Assembly: GCA_973895155.1 (NCBI GenBank)
Contig: OZ316896.1
Span: forward strand, 8,825,539 to 8,889,538
DNA length: 64,000 bases
Source: Marsupella aquatica
Lineage: Eukaryota > Plantae > Marchantiophyta
Reading direction: 5' to 3'
Both the position numbers and the translations under genes were made by a program. Below, in pieces: positions 27,001 to 38,548 of the stretch (position 1 is the first letter of the stretch; each line of letters starts with the position of its first letter). A model generated the notes under the pieces. It was given only the letters and a program-made list of their open reading frames with translations, was not told where the DNA came from and did no database searches.

Positions 27001-27190
27001 TTGTGGTGTTCTTTTTATTGAAGAGAGATCCAATGCAAGTAAAATCCTTGATGCTAGGTAGATCATTCTCCTCATATTGCCAAGTCTCCATGAAGAGCAA
27101 GATGTCAGCATTCTCAAACAAGGATTCTCCTCCTATTGCTAATTCTATGGAAAGTCCTAAAATATTCCATGCCATGACTCTCAAGGTCCC
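24100..27190 (-). pseudogene. LINE ORF2: AP endonuclease, reverse transcriptase and C-terminal Cys motif; many stops and frameshifts
   Basis: APE: VMAWNI, LLFMETW, GRGFGGIAVY, WIVGDFNARV, SSHLPL. RT: SNYRTIMI, GVIQGCPLSPTLF, IFADDVVL, YKYLG. C-terminus RYRLNSHHLEVEEGRW...VCRLC...IENE is RTE-X-like. Confidence 0.9.
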
Positions 27191-27198
27191 AACCCATC

Positions 27199-27929
27199 AT
27201 TTAGAGGCATCTCTCTTCCTTTGGGTCACAAAAACTTGCCCATTGCGCATGTATGCTACCAGTCCTTGGCTGCCCTCACCTTCTCAAGCTCCATCTTCCT
27301 TGCTTGCACTTGGGTGGGAGTCAGATCATCATCCAACCAATCCTTTGACCCTTGAGCTGCATACTCTTATTAGCCATCACTCTAGCTTTCTTAGATTCCA
27401 TGTCAAACTTGACCAAGATTGGATGTGGAAGATCACCCTTCTTTTGTCCAATCCTGTATGCCTGCAAAATAGTAGGTCCATGCACTTTCAAGTGAGATTG
27501 GAAGAAGGAAGTGACTACCTCTTTGGTGTTCTCCTTTTCCACCTCCACCACCCGTGATATCTTGCAATTATTCACTCTTGCATGTTGGTTCTTTTGTTCC
27601 TCCTCCTGTAATCTTCTCTCCTCTTCCTTGGTTTGGATAAACTCCATGTGTGATTGCTTGGCTCCTTCAGCATATGTCTTCAGCTTCTCCTCCATCAAGT
27701 CCATGGTGTTGTTTTCATTTAACCTCTCACTCATCCCAACTGTATGTTCAGCAATCACCCTAGTGACCTTGATAGACCCACCCAACTCAATCCTCAACTC
27801 ATGGATCTCTTTCCTTTGCTCCTCCACTACTCTCACAAGAGTAGCCAATTGGGCTTTCTAGTTAGTCATCTCCTTTGTAAGCCCTTTCAACAAGGACATC
27901 ACATCCTCCAAACTCACTTGGTCCCCCAT
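27199..27929 (-). pseudogene. LINE ORF1 (coiled-coil plus RRM-like domain), degenerate
   Basis: MGDQVSLEDVMSLL...coiled coil...AYRIGQKKGDLPHPILVKF...LKGQRI; stop at 27858-60 and a frameshift near 27340; abuts the ORF2 start. Confidence 0.75.
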
Positions 27930-27978
27930 GAGGTCCTCCTTTCCAATTCCAAAGCAATCTCCAAAGATGTGTATATGG

Positions 27979-28340
27979 TGCAGGTGGATTGCATGATTGA
28001 GGACTACCATTTTAGTCCTTTTTTCTCCATAAGAAATGACTCCATGAGCACTTAATAGGAGTCCATGAGCACTAAATGTGCCATATATCCCTTGATGGCT
28101 AGGATTGAGTAGTTGAGATTGAAAGGTTAGATCTTGCATGCCAAGTCTTTTGGAAGCGTGTCCACACTTTTCGGAAGTCCTTACCTCTTGGAAGTGTGCC
28201 CAACATTTGTGGAAGTGTGTCATGAAGCCTTTTTTACCTAAGATGTGCTAATCTTGCTCATTGGCAGTCCTTTAGATTAGTGAAAGGATTGGAGACTTTT
28301 TGCCTCCTTTGGTAGTCCTCAATCATGCAATCCACCTGCA
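27979..28340. repeat. Perfect 31-bp inverted repeat (27979-28009 / 28310-28340) in the LINE 5' leader
   Basis: tgcaggtggattgcatgattgaggactacca and its exact reverse complement tggtagtcctcaatcatgcaatccacctgca. Confidence 0.92.
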
Positions 28341-28394
28341 AGCTCTAATTTCTCCAAGCCCTAAGTTGTCAAATCCCTAATGTTTTAAATCAGA

Positions 28395-28422
28395 CCCTAA
28401 ACCCTAAACCCTAAACCCTAAA
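28395..28422. repeat. Interstitial plant telomere-type repeat (CCCTAAA)4 / telo-box cluster
   Basis: ccctaaa x4, exact. Confidence 0.9.
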
Positions 28423-28841
28423 GACAAACTTTAGCTATTTTGTGAAGAATCAACATTTTTCACAACATCTATACTCAAAATTTCTAGAAGCTTGAGAGCA
28501 TGAATCTAGCACAACTTAGCCATAAAGCTCCCAAGAAACTCAAATCCCTAAAATTTTGAACTTTTAGTTTCAAATTCCTAAAAATTTGCAATGGTAGCTT
28601 CACAAAAACAATAAATAGCTCACAAGTAGTGTCAAGCTTTGTAGCTATTTTTCACATAGGAAGATAGTAGACCTCAAGGCGCTCCTAATGAGCTCAAGAC
28701 CGTCCATAGAATTGTCTCACAGCCCTAGCAATCAAAGTCGCAAATTTGTGAAAATGCGAATTCGAAGTGTGGGAAGGCATTTTTGTTGAATATTATGAAT
28801 AAGAGCTTAATCGGGATTTTTTCAAACTTTTTGGAGCTAAA

Positions 28842-29576
28842 GAACGCTTTCGAAAGCGTCCGCATTCTTTTGACGCTTTCTGAAGCATCCGCCCTCACTA
28901 CTCTGTTTCTAGCAGCCCAACTCTGGACGCTTTCTGAAGCATCCACCTGAGAAGTTAATATACGTTCAACCGCGGCACCAATCCAACGTCTGTGACCGAC
29001 ACCAAGTACTGGACGCCTCGTGAAGCGTCCACTGGAGCAGTCCAAAACTTGATGCTACTTGGAAGCGTCCGTTATCAAGTCCTGACCGCTGCGACGCTCT
29101 TAAAAGCATCCCCATAAGACCCAACGCTTTCTGAAGCGTCCGCCACTCCAAGGCGACATCGACACTGACGCTAACTGAAGCGTCGCACCCGGAGCCCAGA
29201 AGCCAGACGCTGCGACCAAAACCTCGAAATTCAGCCGACGCTTTCTAAAGCGTCCACAAAAGTCCTTTGTAGTTTGGACGCTTTCTGAAGCGTCCACTAT
29301 GTTCCCGACACTTAGAAATATTTTCGTTTTTTACACTTTTATAACACCGCGCCACTTTTACCGATTTATTTGAGGCACTTATAGATCTCAAAAAAGTCTG
29401 AAACTTTGCCAGCATATAGACTATATGTAGTACAGTATCCTAGAAAAGTTTCAACTCCTTTCGACTTTTAGTTTAGAAGTTAAAATCAGATTAAGATCAC
29501 TGTTTATTAGTTTTACCGGAAAACACCGACGCTTTGCAAAACTTTCACTCAAACATTGACGCTTCGTGAAGCGTCC
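28842..29576. repeat. Array of 11 interspersed ~20-bp palindromes GGACGCTT-N4-AAGCGTCC
   Basis: Copies at 28842, 28871, 28925, 29011, 29050, 29092, 29122, 29166, 29236, 29276 and 29557, with non-repetitive spacers. Confidence 0.9.
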
Positions 29577-31074
29577 ACTGCATTTCCCACACTTTACTTT
29601 TTCCATTTTAAGATTACCTTTTAGATATTGAGGTTTGAAAGGTCATGATTCTTCAGTTGACAGACTACACCTATAAGACTCCTTTCCTTACCAGTCCGAC
29701 GGGGGGGACAAAATGTTATTCAGATGTTAGAATTCTGAATAGTTTTCCACCTTCCATTTTAACAAGGAGACTTGTATGGAAGTAAAATATATGTTATGAT
29801 TTGTGAATGAATTAAGAAGATACTTTGTGTGACTGAATTACAATCACACCCTTTTGAGATTCATATCAAATTCATTGCTAGACTTACTCAAATGAGATTT
29901 GCTAGCCAATTTGAGAATTAATGCTTGATTGAGAGAAGCAAAATTCCATTTTCACAATAGTTAGTACCATTACTGTACTCTGGTATATTCAATAGTGATT
30001 GATTGAAAGTGCACATTACTGATAATCAATCCATGTTGACGGCATTTTATTGAATATCTTAGTATTTGTAATCAGAAATCTACCTTTGGGTTTGGTGAGT
30101 AGAAATCTCTCAATCAGTATTCTTATGGATTTAAGGAGAGTTTAGATGAGTTAAGAGAAATTTTGTTTGCATATAATAAGACCATAGTCCTTTTTGAAGG
30201 AGTGGCAATATCAAACTGATAATGATCTCACTCAATTGAAGCTTATCTTTATTCATAACTCAAAAGTCTATTTTGTTTGTGTTTCGTTAGTTTACTTATT
30301 TTTCCTGTAAGGAAAATTTGAGCTGTATAGAGTAAGAGACTCTAAACCTCTCAAAATTACTATATCATTCAATCTATTTCAATTCTGTTCCTAAATGGAT
30401 CAAATTCTGAGTTTATAAAGATATTTTGTTACTTTTGTGTTCTTACAGCTTACGACACGAAATAAATCCTAAAATGCAAAGCTCAATCTACCATAATTGT
30501 CTCAATTTTGAACCATTTTGAACATTTCTTAGGTCAATTTAGGGCGCCTTGAAGAGCTCTTTCCAATGCAATTGGAAAAATGGGTTTTAGGAAGTGGTTG
30601 AAAAAATAGAACCCAATTTAGAGACGCAACCAGCTCCAACTAGGTCCAATTCAATGGGAATGATTTGGTCCTTGTTAGAGTCTTGATCCTCAAGCTCGTT
30701 TTGCACTCCCTAGCATCTTTGTTCCAAGCTCCAACCAACACATTCTCAGTTTCATTGTTGACATCAACAATTCCACTAGTATATGGGATAAACCTCGCCA
30801 ACACCTCTACTTGGAAATGTGGAAGCAGAATGTGAATTGACTCAATCAGATGCCTAAAAACATAATTACTTGGGAATTATGTAAATATGAGTAATTTTTT
30901 TATTTTGTGTACAATTTGTATCAATTAGTTATTTACTATACAAAACTAATTAATGTATTGATTCTAGAAAATATTGACTAGGGAAGATATATAAATTATA
31001 GTTGAAGGTCAATAGAAAAAGAAAAATATCATCTAAGTGGTGGTAGTAGGTGTCAACTAATGAGTGATCAAATA

Positions 31075-31370
31075 AAACAATAGGGAATGCTCAAAATTGT
31101 TACATGGTCAAAAAAAAACATCTTTGAGAAAAAATCTCAATATAAGTCAAAAAATAAATAAATAAAAAGGCAAAATTCTACAACTTGCAAGAAAAGTTAT
31201 GAAAAAACAATAGAAAATGCCCAAAATTGTTACATGGTCACAACGAACAAATATTTTTGAGAAAAATCTTAATAAATCAAAAAAAATAAAAATAAAAAGG
31301 TAAAATTCTACAACTTGCAAAAAAAGTTATGAAAAAGCAATAGGGAATGCCCAAACTTGCTACATGGTTA
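31075..31370. repeat. AT-rich tandem repeat, ~130 bp period, ~2.3 copies
   Basis: caatag..aatgc.caaa.ttg.tacatggt recurs at ~31078, 31208 and 31338; aaaattctacaacttgcaa occurs twice. Confidence 0.85.
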
Positions 31371-33888
31371 TAATGAAAATACTGAAGAAAGAATTTCAAC
31401 AAAGATGATATTTCTAATCCAAATAGTACTAAGTCAAGGAAAAGACAATGATATATTTCAATGGACGGTTTAGAAGTCAATTAGCTAATGTGAAGACGAT
31501 TCTTAGTGTAGCTAGATCTTTTTAAAGTTATATCATTATTGGAAGAGAGAGACAAATTAGAGGTTAACTAGCTAATTTAAAGATTACTCTTAGCCTAAAC
31601 TTGCTAAAAATGATTATTGACCTTAGATGTATTATGGCAATTGAGTGGCTTTGATTGGATTTGAGTGGAGGCCATAGGGCACCAACCATATAAATAAGAG
31701 GGAGTGGAGATTCACTTCCTCACTTGCTCATTAGTTGTTCACTTGCTTGCTTTCTTGGAAGGGCACCATGGGTTGGGACTCAAGAAAGAAGGAGTGAGGA
31801 TTAGTGAGGAGTTAGAGTGTGTGGCACCCTAGGAGTTAGTGTTCATGAAAGACTATAGTATTAAAAACCTTGGGTGAAACCCAAGATTGTACTAAGTTTA
31901 CTTGATATAAACCTATGTGTCTTTTTTCCTTGGACACTCTTATTCTAATTTGTGAAGAAAGTGTGATATTTTCTTTTTATGGTTTTATGACATATATTTG
32001 ACGGTTTTTCTTTTACATTTTTATAACATCTTTTATAAAGAGTACTTTGGTGATAGAGTTTTGCTTACCAAACAACGTTGGAGTACATTACCGAGATTTC
32101 TTGGAGAAAAAATGATGTGATTGTATGCTTGGTGATTGTTTGGCCAAACACTAGCATACTAAGTGGAAACTTTATCTTTGTTTGAGGTTTTCAAGCCAAA
32201 CTTTGGTGATCAAGTTTTGGTTAATGAAGAAGACATTGGGGTGTAGTATGGGCAAGGATTTCTATGGTGAGTCTTAACATGACTATATCGGCAAGAGGCA
32301 ATTGATCGATCACTAGCGAATCAAAGTGACATTTTCATTTTTTTGTGGTTAGACAATTAAAAGTTGTCTAGGCTAGCTTGTTGGATGGTAGCTTGACATA
32401 ACAATCCATGGTGGCGACAGTCCGTGGCGGTTCTGATATTGGTTGGTGTCAGATGACTAGTTATAGAGATTAGAGATCTCCTTGATGGATTTCTCTTCTA
32501 GTAACGAAAGTAAAATCATCTACTGCAAGTTTGAATTTGATATAAGATTACTAATGTGGTGACACCCAAGAATAGTCTTGTAATTGTTTGGAATACTAAA
32601 ATTTGTGTTAGGTTATGCCTCTAGTATAACCTATATATTTCCATAGTATTAGCTAGACTTCACCATACTAGGATAGCACTAGTTTCAGTTTCAGGATCCC
32701 ATAGACCATGGGAGGGAGTATACCCTAAGGAAATACAAACTTGTGCTCACATTTGAAGGTTCACTCTTCAAGAGACAGAGTGAGAGAGTGAGAGGAGGAG
32801 CTCTAGCACGTTGGCTATGGCAGATATAATAGGTGTGTATTATTGGATTTCTCTCACGACCGTGGATGTAGCCCAGACGGGGTGAACCACGTACTTTTAG
32901 TGTCAGAGTTTATGGATGTTGTTCACTTATGTTGATGCTGTCTTGTTTGGTCTAGATCATATCCCAACAATTGGTATCAGAGCTTGGGGCTCATCGTGAT
33001 CGATTTATGGTATTTGGTGCGGGATGTGAACGTGAATCGTCTCCTAGGCAAAGTAGCACAGGTTTTGGTTTGTTCCTGTGTTGTTTAGATAGAAGATTGG
33101 ACGCATTTTGAAGGTGGGAAGAATTCTCCTTGTGTTTGATGGGTTTTTGATGGTTTTTTTCAATGTGAGCGCAATCCGGGTTTTGCTTGTTCATTTTTTG
33201 TCGTTGATTTAATCCGAGGAGTTACAAACGAAAAGAGAATCAGTTTGCAATGAATGAGAAACACTTTAGTGGTGTGTGTGACCACTAACTTGATTTCAAA
33301 GTTGGATATTAAGCTAAAGCAGCCATAGCCGGGAACTCAAAGTGGCGGTCGTACGATTGTACGAATTTAGGTTAATTTTTTAAAATCATGATCTTGGGTC
33401 GCCCATAGGCTTGTTAGAAAGATCTTGTTGTGCTTGTTCCAATCATATAAATTATAGATCGATCGGAGATCAGACGGCTGAGATACGGGCAGTCAAAGCA
33501 AGTTTGACTTTGGCTACGTGACAGGGCACGGGAAGGGCGTTCGGTCGAGTATGAGAAGGGTGACAGGACGGCAAGGCGCTTGGGGTGGTGGGGCATGACA
33601 CAAACAGTCATTGTCTTGTTTGTGGCAAGTGCCACATGGCAATTTGCCCCCTATACTTCTATTCCCTATATTCTTAATTTTTCAAAATGTTAAAATTCAA
33701 TGATAAATTAAGGATTCAGCAAAGCAAATGGGTTTCGTTTTCTGAGATTCTTTGCAAGGGTGTTTTTGGGGGGACTTAGGGAGAGGCCTAAAAAATACAT
33801 TTAGGAAACGGAGATACGTGGAGTTTTTTATTAAAATGATTCCTTGAGGGGGTCCGGAACGACATTTTGACCCCCTTGCGATCAACAG

Positions 33889-35213
33889 TTAATAACTCTC
33901 AGCTCGAGTGTCCGTTTGCGAAGATGTTTTGTATTCTTGAAACTGATACCTTTTTGGAGCTTGAACTGGCCGTGAAGATGACCGCCTAGATGACTCACCC
34001 ACACCAGGAGAAATTGATTCTCCACTAATTATAGCTGCTGGTACTGGTGCCAATGGTATTGTCGACGCTGGTGTTGGTCCATGAGCATACTCATGCTCAA
34101 TCTCCCCCTCCATCGTGTCAGCATTGATAATCAGATGTGTCCAATGTTCCCAAAGAGATCAAATTCCGCTTCAAATCTGGAATGTGACGAACGTTTGTCA
34201 ACGAACGCACAACTTCATCAAACATTTGAATGCGCATTGTACCTATGCCAATGCCTTGATATGATTGATCATTCCCTGATTTTGGCTCATAGGTGCAAAA
34301 GACCTCCCTATCATGACACATATGAAAGGAACATGTAGAATCTAAAATCCACTCTAATCCCCCACCCTGGGAACCGGTACATAAGGCAAAACCAACATCA
34401 TCATCAAAAGTAACAAAACTCGCCTGACTTTGAATGCTACCACCAATCCTATAATTCCTCTTAATGTGGCCCTTCTGACCACATTTCCAGCACTCAACAT
34501 ACTTCGAGTCACGTGACTTTGATCTAGCCTTGGTTTTATCAGAGGAGCCTATAAAATACTCTCGTGACCTGCCCCTAGTAATTGCTAGTCTTGATCCAGA
34601 TGAAGAAGAAGAACCGATGTGTATCTTCTTTCGCATTTTGTCTGACAGTAAAGTGTTCACTGTCTTATCATAGGTCAACGTTATCTTGCCATACAAAATT
34701 GTCTAGACCAGGTTCTCATATGAGCGTGGCAAGGAAGTAAGTAAATGAAGTGCCTTCTTCTCATCCTCCACCTTCTCATTGAGACTCGCCAACTCTACAA
34801 CGATTAAATTAAAACCATCAATATGTTCGTGCATAGTTTTACCTTTAGCCATCTTGAAGTTCATCAACTTCAAGCTTGTGTATAGTTGATTTGTCAACGA
34901 CTTCTTCTCATACATCAGCTTCAATTGATCCCACACTTAACTTTGTAATTGTGTCCTCCGTCATAACCTGAAGTAAAACTTCAGATGCCAAGTGGAGCCT
35001 AATCAAACTGAGATCACGATTGCCAATATCTTCCCACTCCTCATCGGTCATGGAGGATGGCTTGGTGCTAAATGCTGAAACAAGAACTTTCATTTGTACT
35101 TTCCATAACATGAAGTTATTGCGCCCGGTGAATTTCTCCACTTCATACTTTGCACTGGTCACCTTTCGAGATGCCATGACAATGTCCCCTACTCTTACAT
35201 GCAATGTATTCAA
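33889..35213 (-). pseudogene. Copia gag-protease plus INT/RT linker, antisense to the LTRs
   Basis: KYEVEKFTGRNNFMLWK, WDQLKLMYEKKSLTNQLY, LLTSLPRSYE, zinc knuckle ECWKCGQKGHIKRN, protease WILDSTCSFHMC, NVRHIPDLKRNLISLG, then RRSSSRPVQAPKRY; integrase core missing. Confidence 0.88.
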
Positions 35214-35341
35214 TCTAAGCTACCAAGGTGATTGTAAGGCTACCAAACCATATTGGACCCTCCAAGTAGCCTCACCCAAAAATTCACCAAAAAAGTAAAG
35301 TGATGCAAATCAAAAACTGACTTCACTTTCCTGTAGCCTGC

Positions 35342-35695
35342 AAGTCAGATAACCTTAATGGTACATGGTTTTCCTCAGACCAGTTGGAGAGTGATGATGA
35401 TATTGATGATTCTGGAGCTGTTATGCTTATAGAAGATGGTGATCCATCTACATATGGTGAAGCCATGTCTTCTATGGATAAAATACAATGGAGTGCTGCC
35501 ATGTACATAAACATAGAGTCACTACATAAGAACAAGACTTGGGAGTTGGTTGAGCTTCCTGAAGGTAAACAGGTCATTGACAGCAAGTGGGTGTTCAAGA
35601 AAAATGATGGCGCTTCTGAATATGTAGAGAAGATCTACAAGGCCAAGCTTGTGGCCAAGGGATTCACCCAAAGGAAGGGTGTGGACTATAATGAG
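35342..35695 (+). pseudogene. Copia reverse transcriptase N-terminal fragment
   Basis: DPSTYGEAM...W..AM...IESLHKNKTWELVELPEGKQVIDSKWVFK...YKAKLVAKGFTQRKGVDYNE, fused directly to the 3' LTR. Confidence 0.9.
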
Positions 35696-36859
35696 TGAGA
35701 GGAGGAGCTCTAGCACGTTGGCTATGGCGGATGTAATCGGTAAATATTACTGGATTTCTCTCACGGCCGTGGACGTAGCCCAGACGGGGTGAACCATGTA
35801 CTTTCAGTGTCAGAGTCTATGAATGTTGTTCACATGTGTTGACGTTGTCATGTTTGGTCTAGATCATATCCCAACAGTTTGTGGTATGTGTGTGAAGATT
35901 TAGTTTTTCTAAAGATAGATGTATTGTGAGTACTAATTTTCTAGATTACATCATTCCTAAGAACCCAAAATGATAAGGGACTGTGTTTTGAGAGTGAAAT
36001 AAATTAAGTTTGTGTTAAGTCCCAAAGCAAAGGTCTGACATACTCCTTTGGGAGAGGAGGAACTAGAAGATGACCTAGAATCCTTGTTTCACTAGCAGGA
36101 GAACACAAATGTATATGTAGTTGATGGCAGAATGTGATTTAGAATTGGGGAGTGCATTTTAGCCTAGTTTATATTTTGTAATGCAAGAATGCAGTTCATA
36201 TTGATCCATGTATCAATGATAGCAAATTGTACTCATATCGGATACTTTTAAGTAAATTTTGCTCGTTTCCTCATGTCCACTATATTCTACATTAACAGAT
36301 GCGAATGCTCAGATCAATGATTGTAATTTCAACCTAAAAGAAAAATAGGAATCATGGATCATAGAAATTGAGCAAACTCTTCACAACAAAATAAAAAATT
36401 TATTATTTCAAAGAATGTGTACAACACACAGACTATGTATTGAGATACAAATATTGCTTTGGTCGAGCAGATGAGCAAGAACATTGGGGAACAAGTTTTT
36501 ACTCTGAATTGTTTGGGTACTGAAGCCGAAAAAAATTAAAGCTAAATTTTAATCTGATCTGTTCTAATATTCCTGTCTCTAATATTTCCAATCCAATTAC
36601 TACTCTCCTATCCATATTCATGAAAGATGTGACTCATTGGCCATCTTCACAATCACAATATGGGTAGTTTTGACCACTTAAATAGAACGAGTGAACAAGA
36701 AAATGAGAGTGTGTGAATTGCATGCCCAAATTAATTGCCAAAATTAATTAAGAAGTTCAAACTTGTAGCTAGCCAGGACACGAGACTTGGGACTTCAAAT
36801 TAAAGAATCCAATTAAGACAGTAAGAATAATCTCACTAGAAGGCCAGATTGCAATGCCT

Positions 36860-37793
36860 GCACCTTTACTCTTCCATAGGTGATCCACAACCACAAGGTC
36901 ATTACAAAGTTTAAAGTGAGATTGTTTATCATGAATTTGCCTTGTTGCCTCAAGGAATTGTAGCTAGGGCACCAAACCTCTCCTCACAGGTTGTGGACAA
37001 ATGTTCAGGTATGGAGTGAAATTCTCATTCTTCTCATCCTCCAAGATCATATTGTGCAATATGACACATGTCATCAAAATATTTGTGAGGTTATTCACAA
37101 ACCAGGACCTTGCAAGCCTCTTAAAATTTTTGAATATGGCTTGCAAGACCCCGAATGCCCTTTTCACATCCTTTTTGGCCCCCTCCTGACATTTAGCAAA
37201 ATGCTTTAGCTTTTCAGATTGTGGTGCATGCACTTTAGAAATAAACATGGACCATTTTGGATAGATACCATCTACCAATAAATATGTTTGACTATACTCT
37301 ATTCCATTCACTTCAAAGGAGACATTGGCAATTTATTTGCCAACCACTCATTCAACAATGGGGACCTATCACTAGAAGAATCCGAGGTGAATTGAGACCG
37401 CAATATGTGACTCATTTTGGCTCATGTGACTTCATTGTGACTCAACGTGACTTGACCCACGCTGTGACCCTTGGAGTTGCAAAAGTTGAGACCAAAAAAT
37501 GGAAGTCACTCTTGATACTGGGCTTTGCAACTTGCTTGATACCCATTTGTGACTGATTTGTGACTTTATTGTGGAGTCTAGCCTTGTTTCTACGTGACTG
37601 CAATATGACTTTAACGAGTCACATGGTAAGTCATATACATGACTTGCTCGCATTCAACAACGACTAGCGTGTGACCATTTAGTGTCACAGGAGAGACCAA
37701 CATCCAACATGGTGATGTCATTGTTGCCCCCAGCTAATCCAAAAAATTCATGTCAGATCCACAACTCTCGATCTGCAATCGCCTACAGAATTA
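36860..37793 (-). pseudogene. Pong/Harbinger DDE transposase (Plant_tran-like) remnant, interrupted at 37370-37701
   Basis: IL*AIADRELWI*HEFFGLAGGNNDITMLD | RSPLL...YLLVDGIYPKW...QEGAKKDVKRAFGVLQ...CVILHNMILEDE...VDHLW. Confidence 0.85.
37370..37701 (+). mobile_element. CACTA/EnSpm terminal fragment with subterminal GTGACT repeats
   Basis: Starts CACTAGAAGAA after TAT; more than 10 copies of (g)tgact/agtca(c) in both orientations; the opposite TIR is absent. Confidence 0.65.
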
Positions 37794-38548
37794 GACAATT
37801 GGCTATTGGAAGAATAAGTTCATGCATGACACGAAAGATATCATCCACCATTATGTTGTTTGCACTGTACTTTGCCTTCACAAAATCTCCAATATGGTAG
37901 AAAGTTGTGATAGACAAGCACTTTCATATATGCGAGCCTCTACATGTTGTTTAGCTTCCTCCCATAGGTGTTGTCCAGGATGACCCCTTGGAGGATGGCG
38001 ATGTGCTCCTTGAGAGGACAACTCCTCATCAATAAAATAGTTTGCCATCACCTCATCCATGGCTCGTCTCTCATCGATCTCAACTTGGGTTTCTGTCCGG
38101 GGTTGGTCATCTTCCCTATGGCCCAAATCTGAAGTTTCCATGAAGTCTTCATGATCTCTTTGCCTTTGTCTAATATGTTTAGATAATATAGTTGGATCAG
38201 GCAGCATGAACTGTCACACACACAAGATTGTACATACCAATTAAACGCATACAAACTATAGTTTCCATCTACGTATCTGGTTTGACATAAACATCACAAC
38301 TACAAAATAAATGATAGCAAACATAACATGGGTACCTGGCAAGAAGATGACGCCCTTGGGAATTGGCTGTCATGGTAGCCAAAAGTCTCAACATGCTCTA
38401 GTGCCTTCCATGCATGTTGTCTAACTAATCCTACACACCATTTGCACCAACAAATCACTCTTTGAGGGTCAGAGTGAGGAGGAGCCCAAGGTAGCTCATC
38501 ATCTGAAGATGTCTGAGTGTTTTCAGTTTTGCTAGAGGAGGCATCCAT
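37794..38548 (-). pseudogene. CACTA transposase (TnpD-like) N-terminal remnant
   Basis: VICWCKWC; ARIYESACLSQLSTILEIL, then after a frameshift VKAKYSANNIMVDDIFRVMHELILPIANCL, resembling the region preceding the Transposase_21 domain. Confidence 0.6.

Larger units (their letters stand above)
23769..29708 (-). mobile_element. Non-LTR retrotransposon, RTE-X-like LINE, apparently full length but degenerate
   Basis: ORF1 and ORF2 remnants (below); short TTGA-repeat 3' tail at ~23769-23780; candidate TSD CAAAAT at 23763-23768 and 29709-29714; long (~1.8 kb) 5' leader. Confidence 0.8.
32606..35876 (+). mobile_element. Ty1/copia LTR retrotransposon, internally deleted and inverted
   Basis: 5' LTR 32606-32969 (TGTTAGG...CCCAACA); PBS TGGTATCAGAGC (tRNA-iMet) at 32972-32983; partial 3' LTR 35693-35876 matching 32786-32969; TSD ATTTG/GTTTG (1 mismatch). 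Confidence 0.88.

Noticed and set aside
28842-29295. True CRISPR array
   Set aside because: Eukaryotic TE context, no cas genes, 20-bp degenerate repeats and very uneven 9-66 bp spacers; kept as a palindrome array instead.
30400-36250. Large solo LTR hosting the copia insertion
   Set aside because: LTR-like composition and a TATA box at ~31688, but I could not define TG...CA ends or a TSD.
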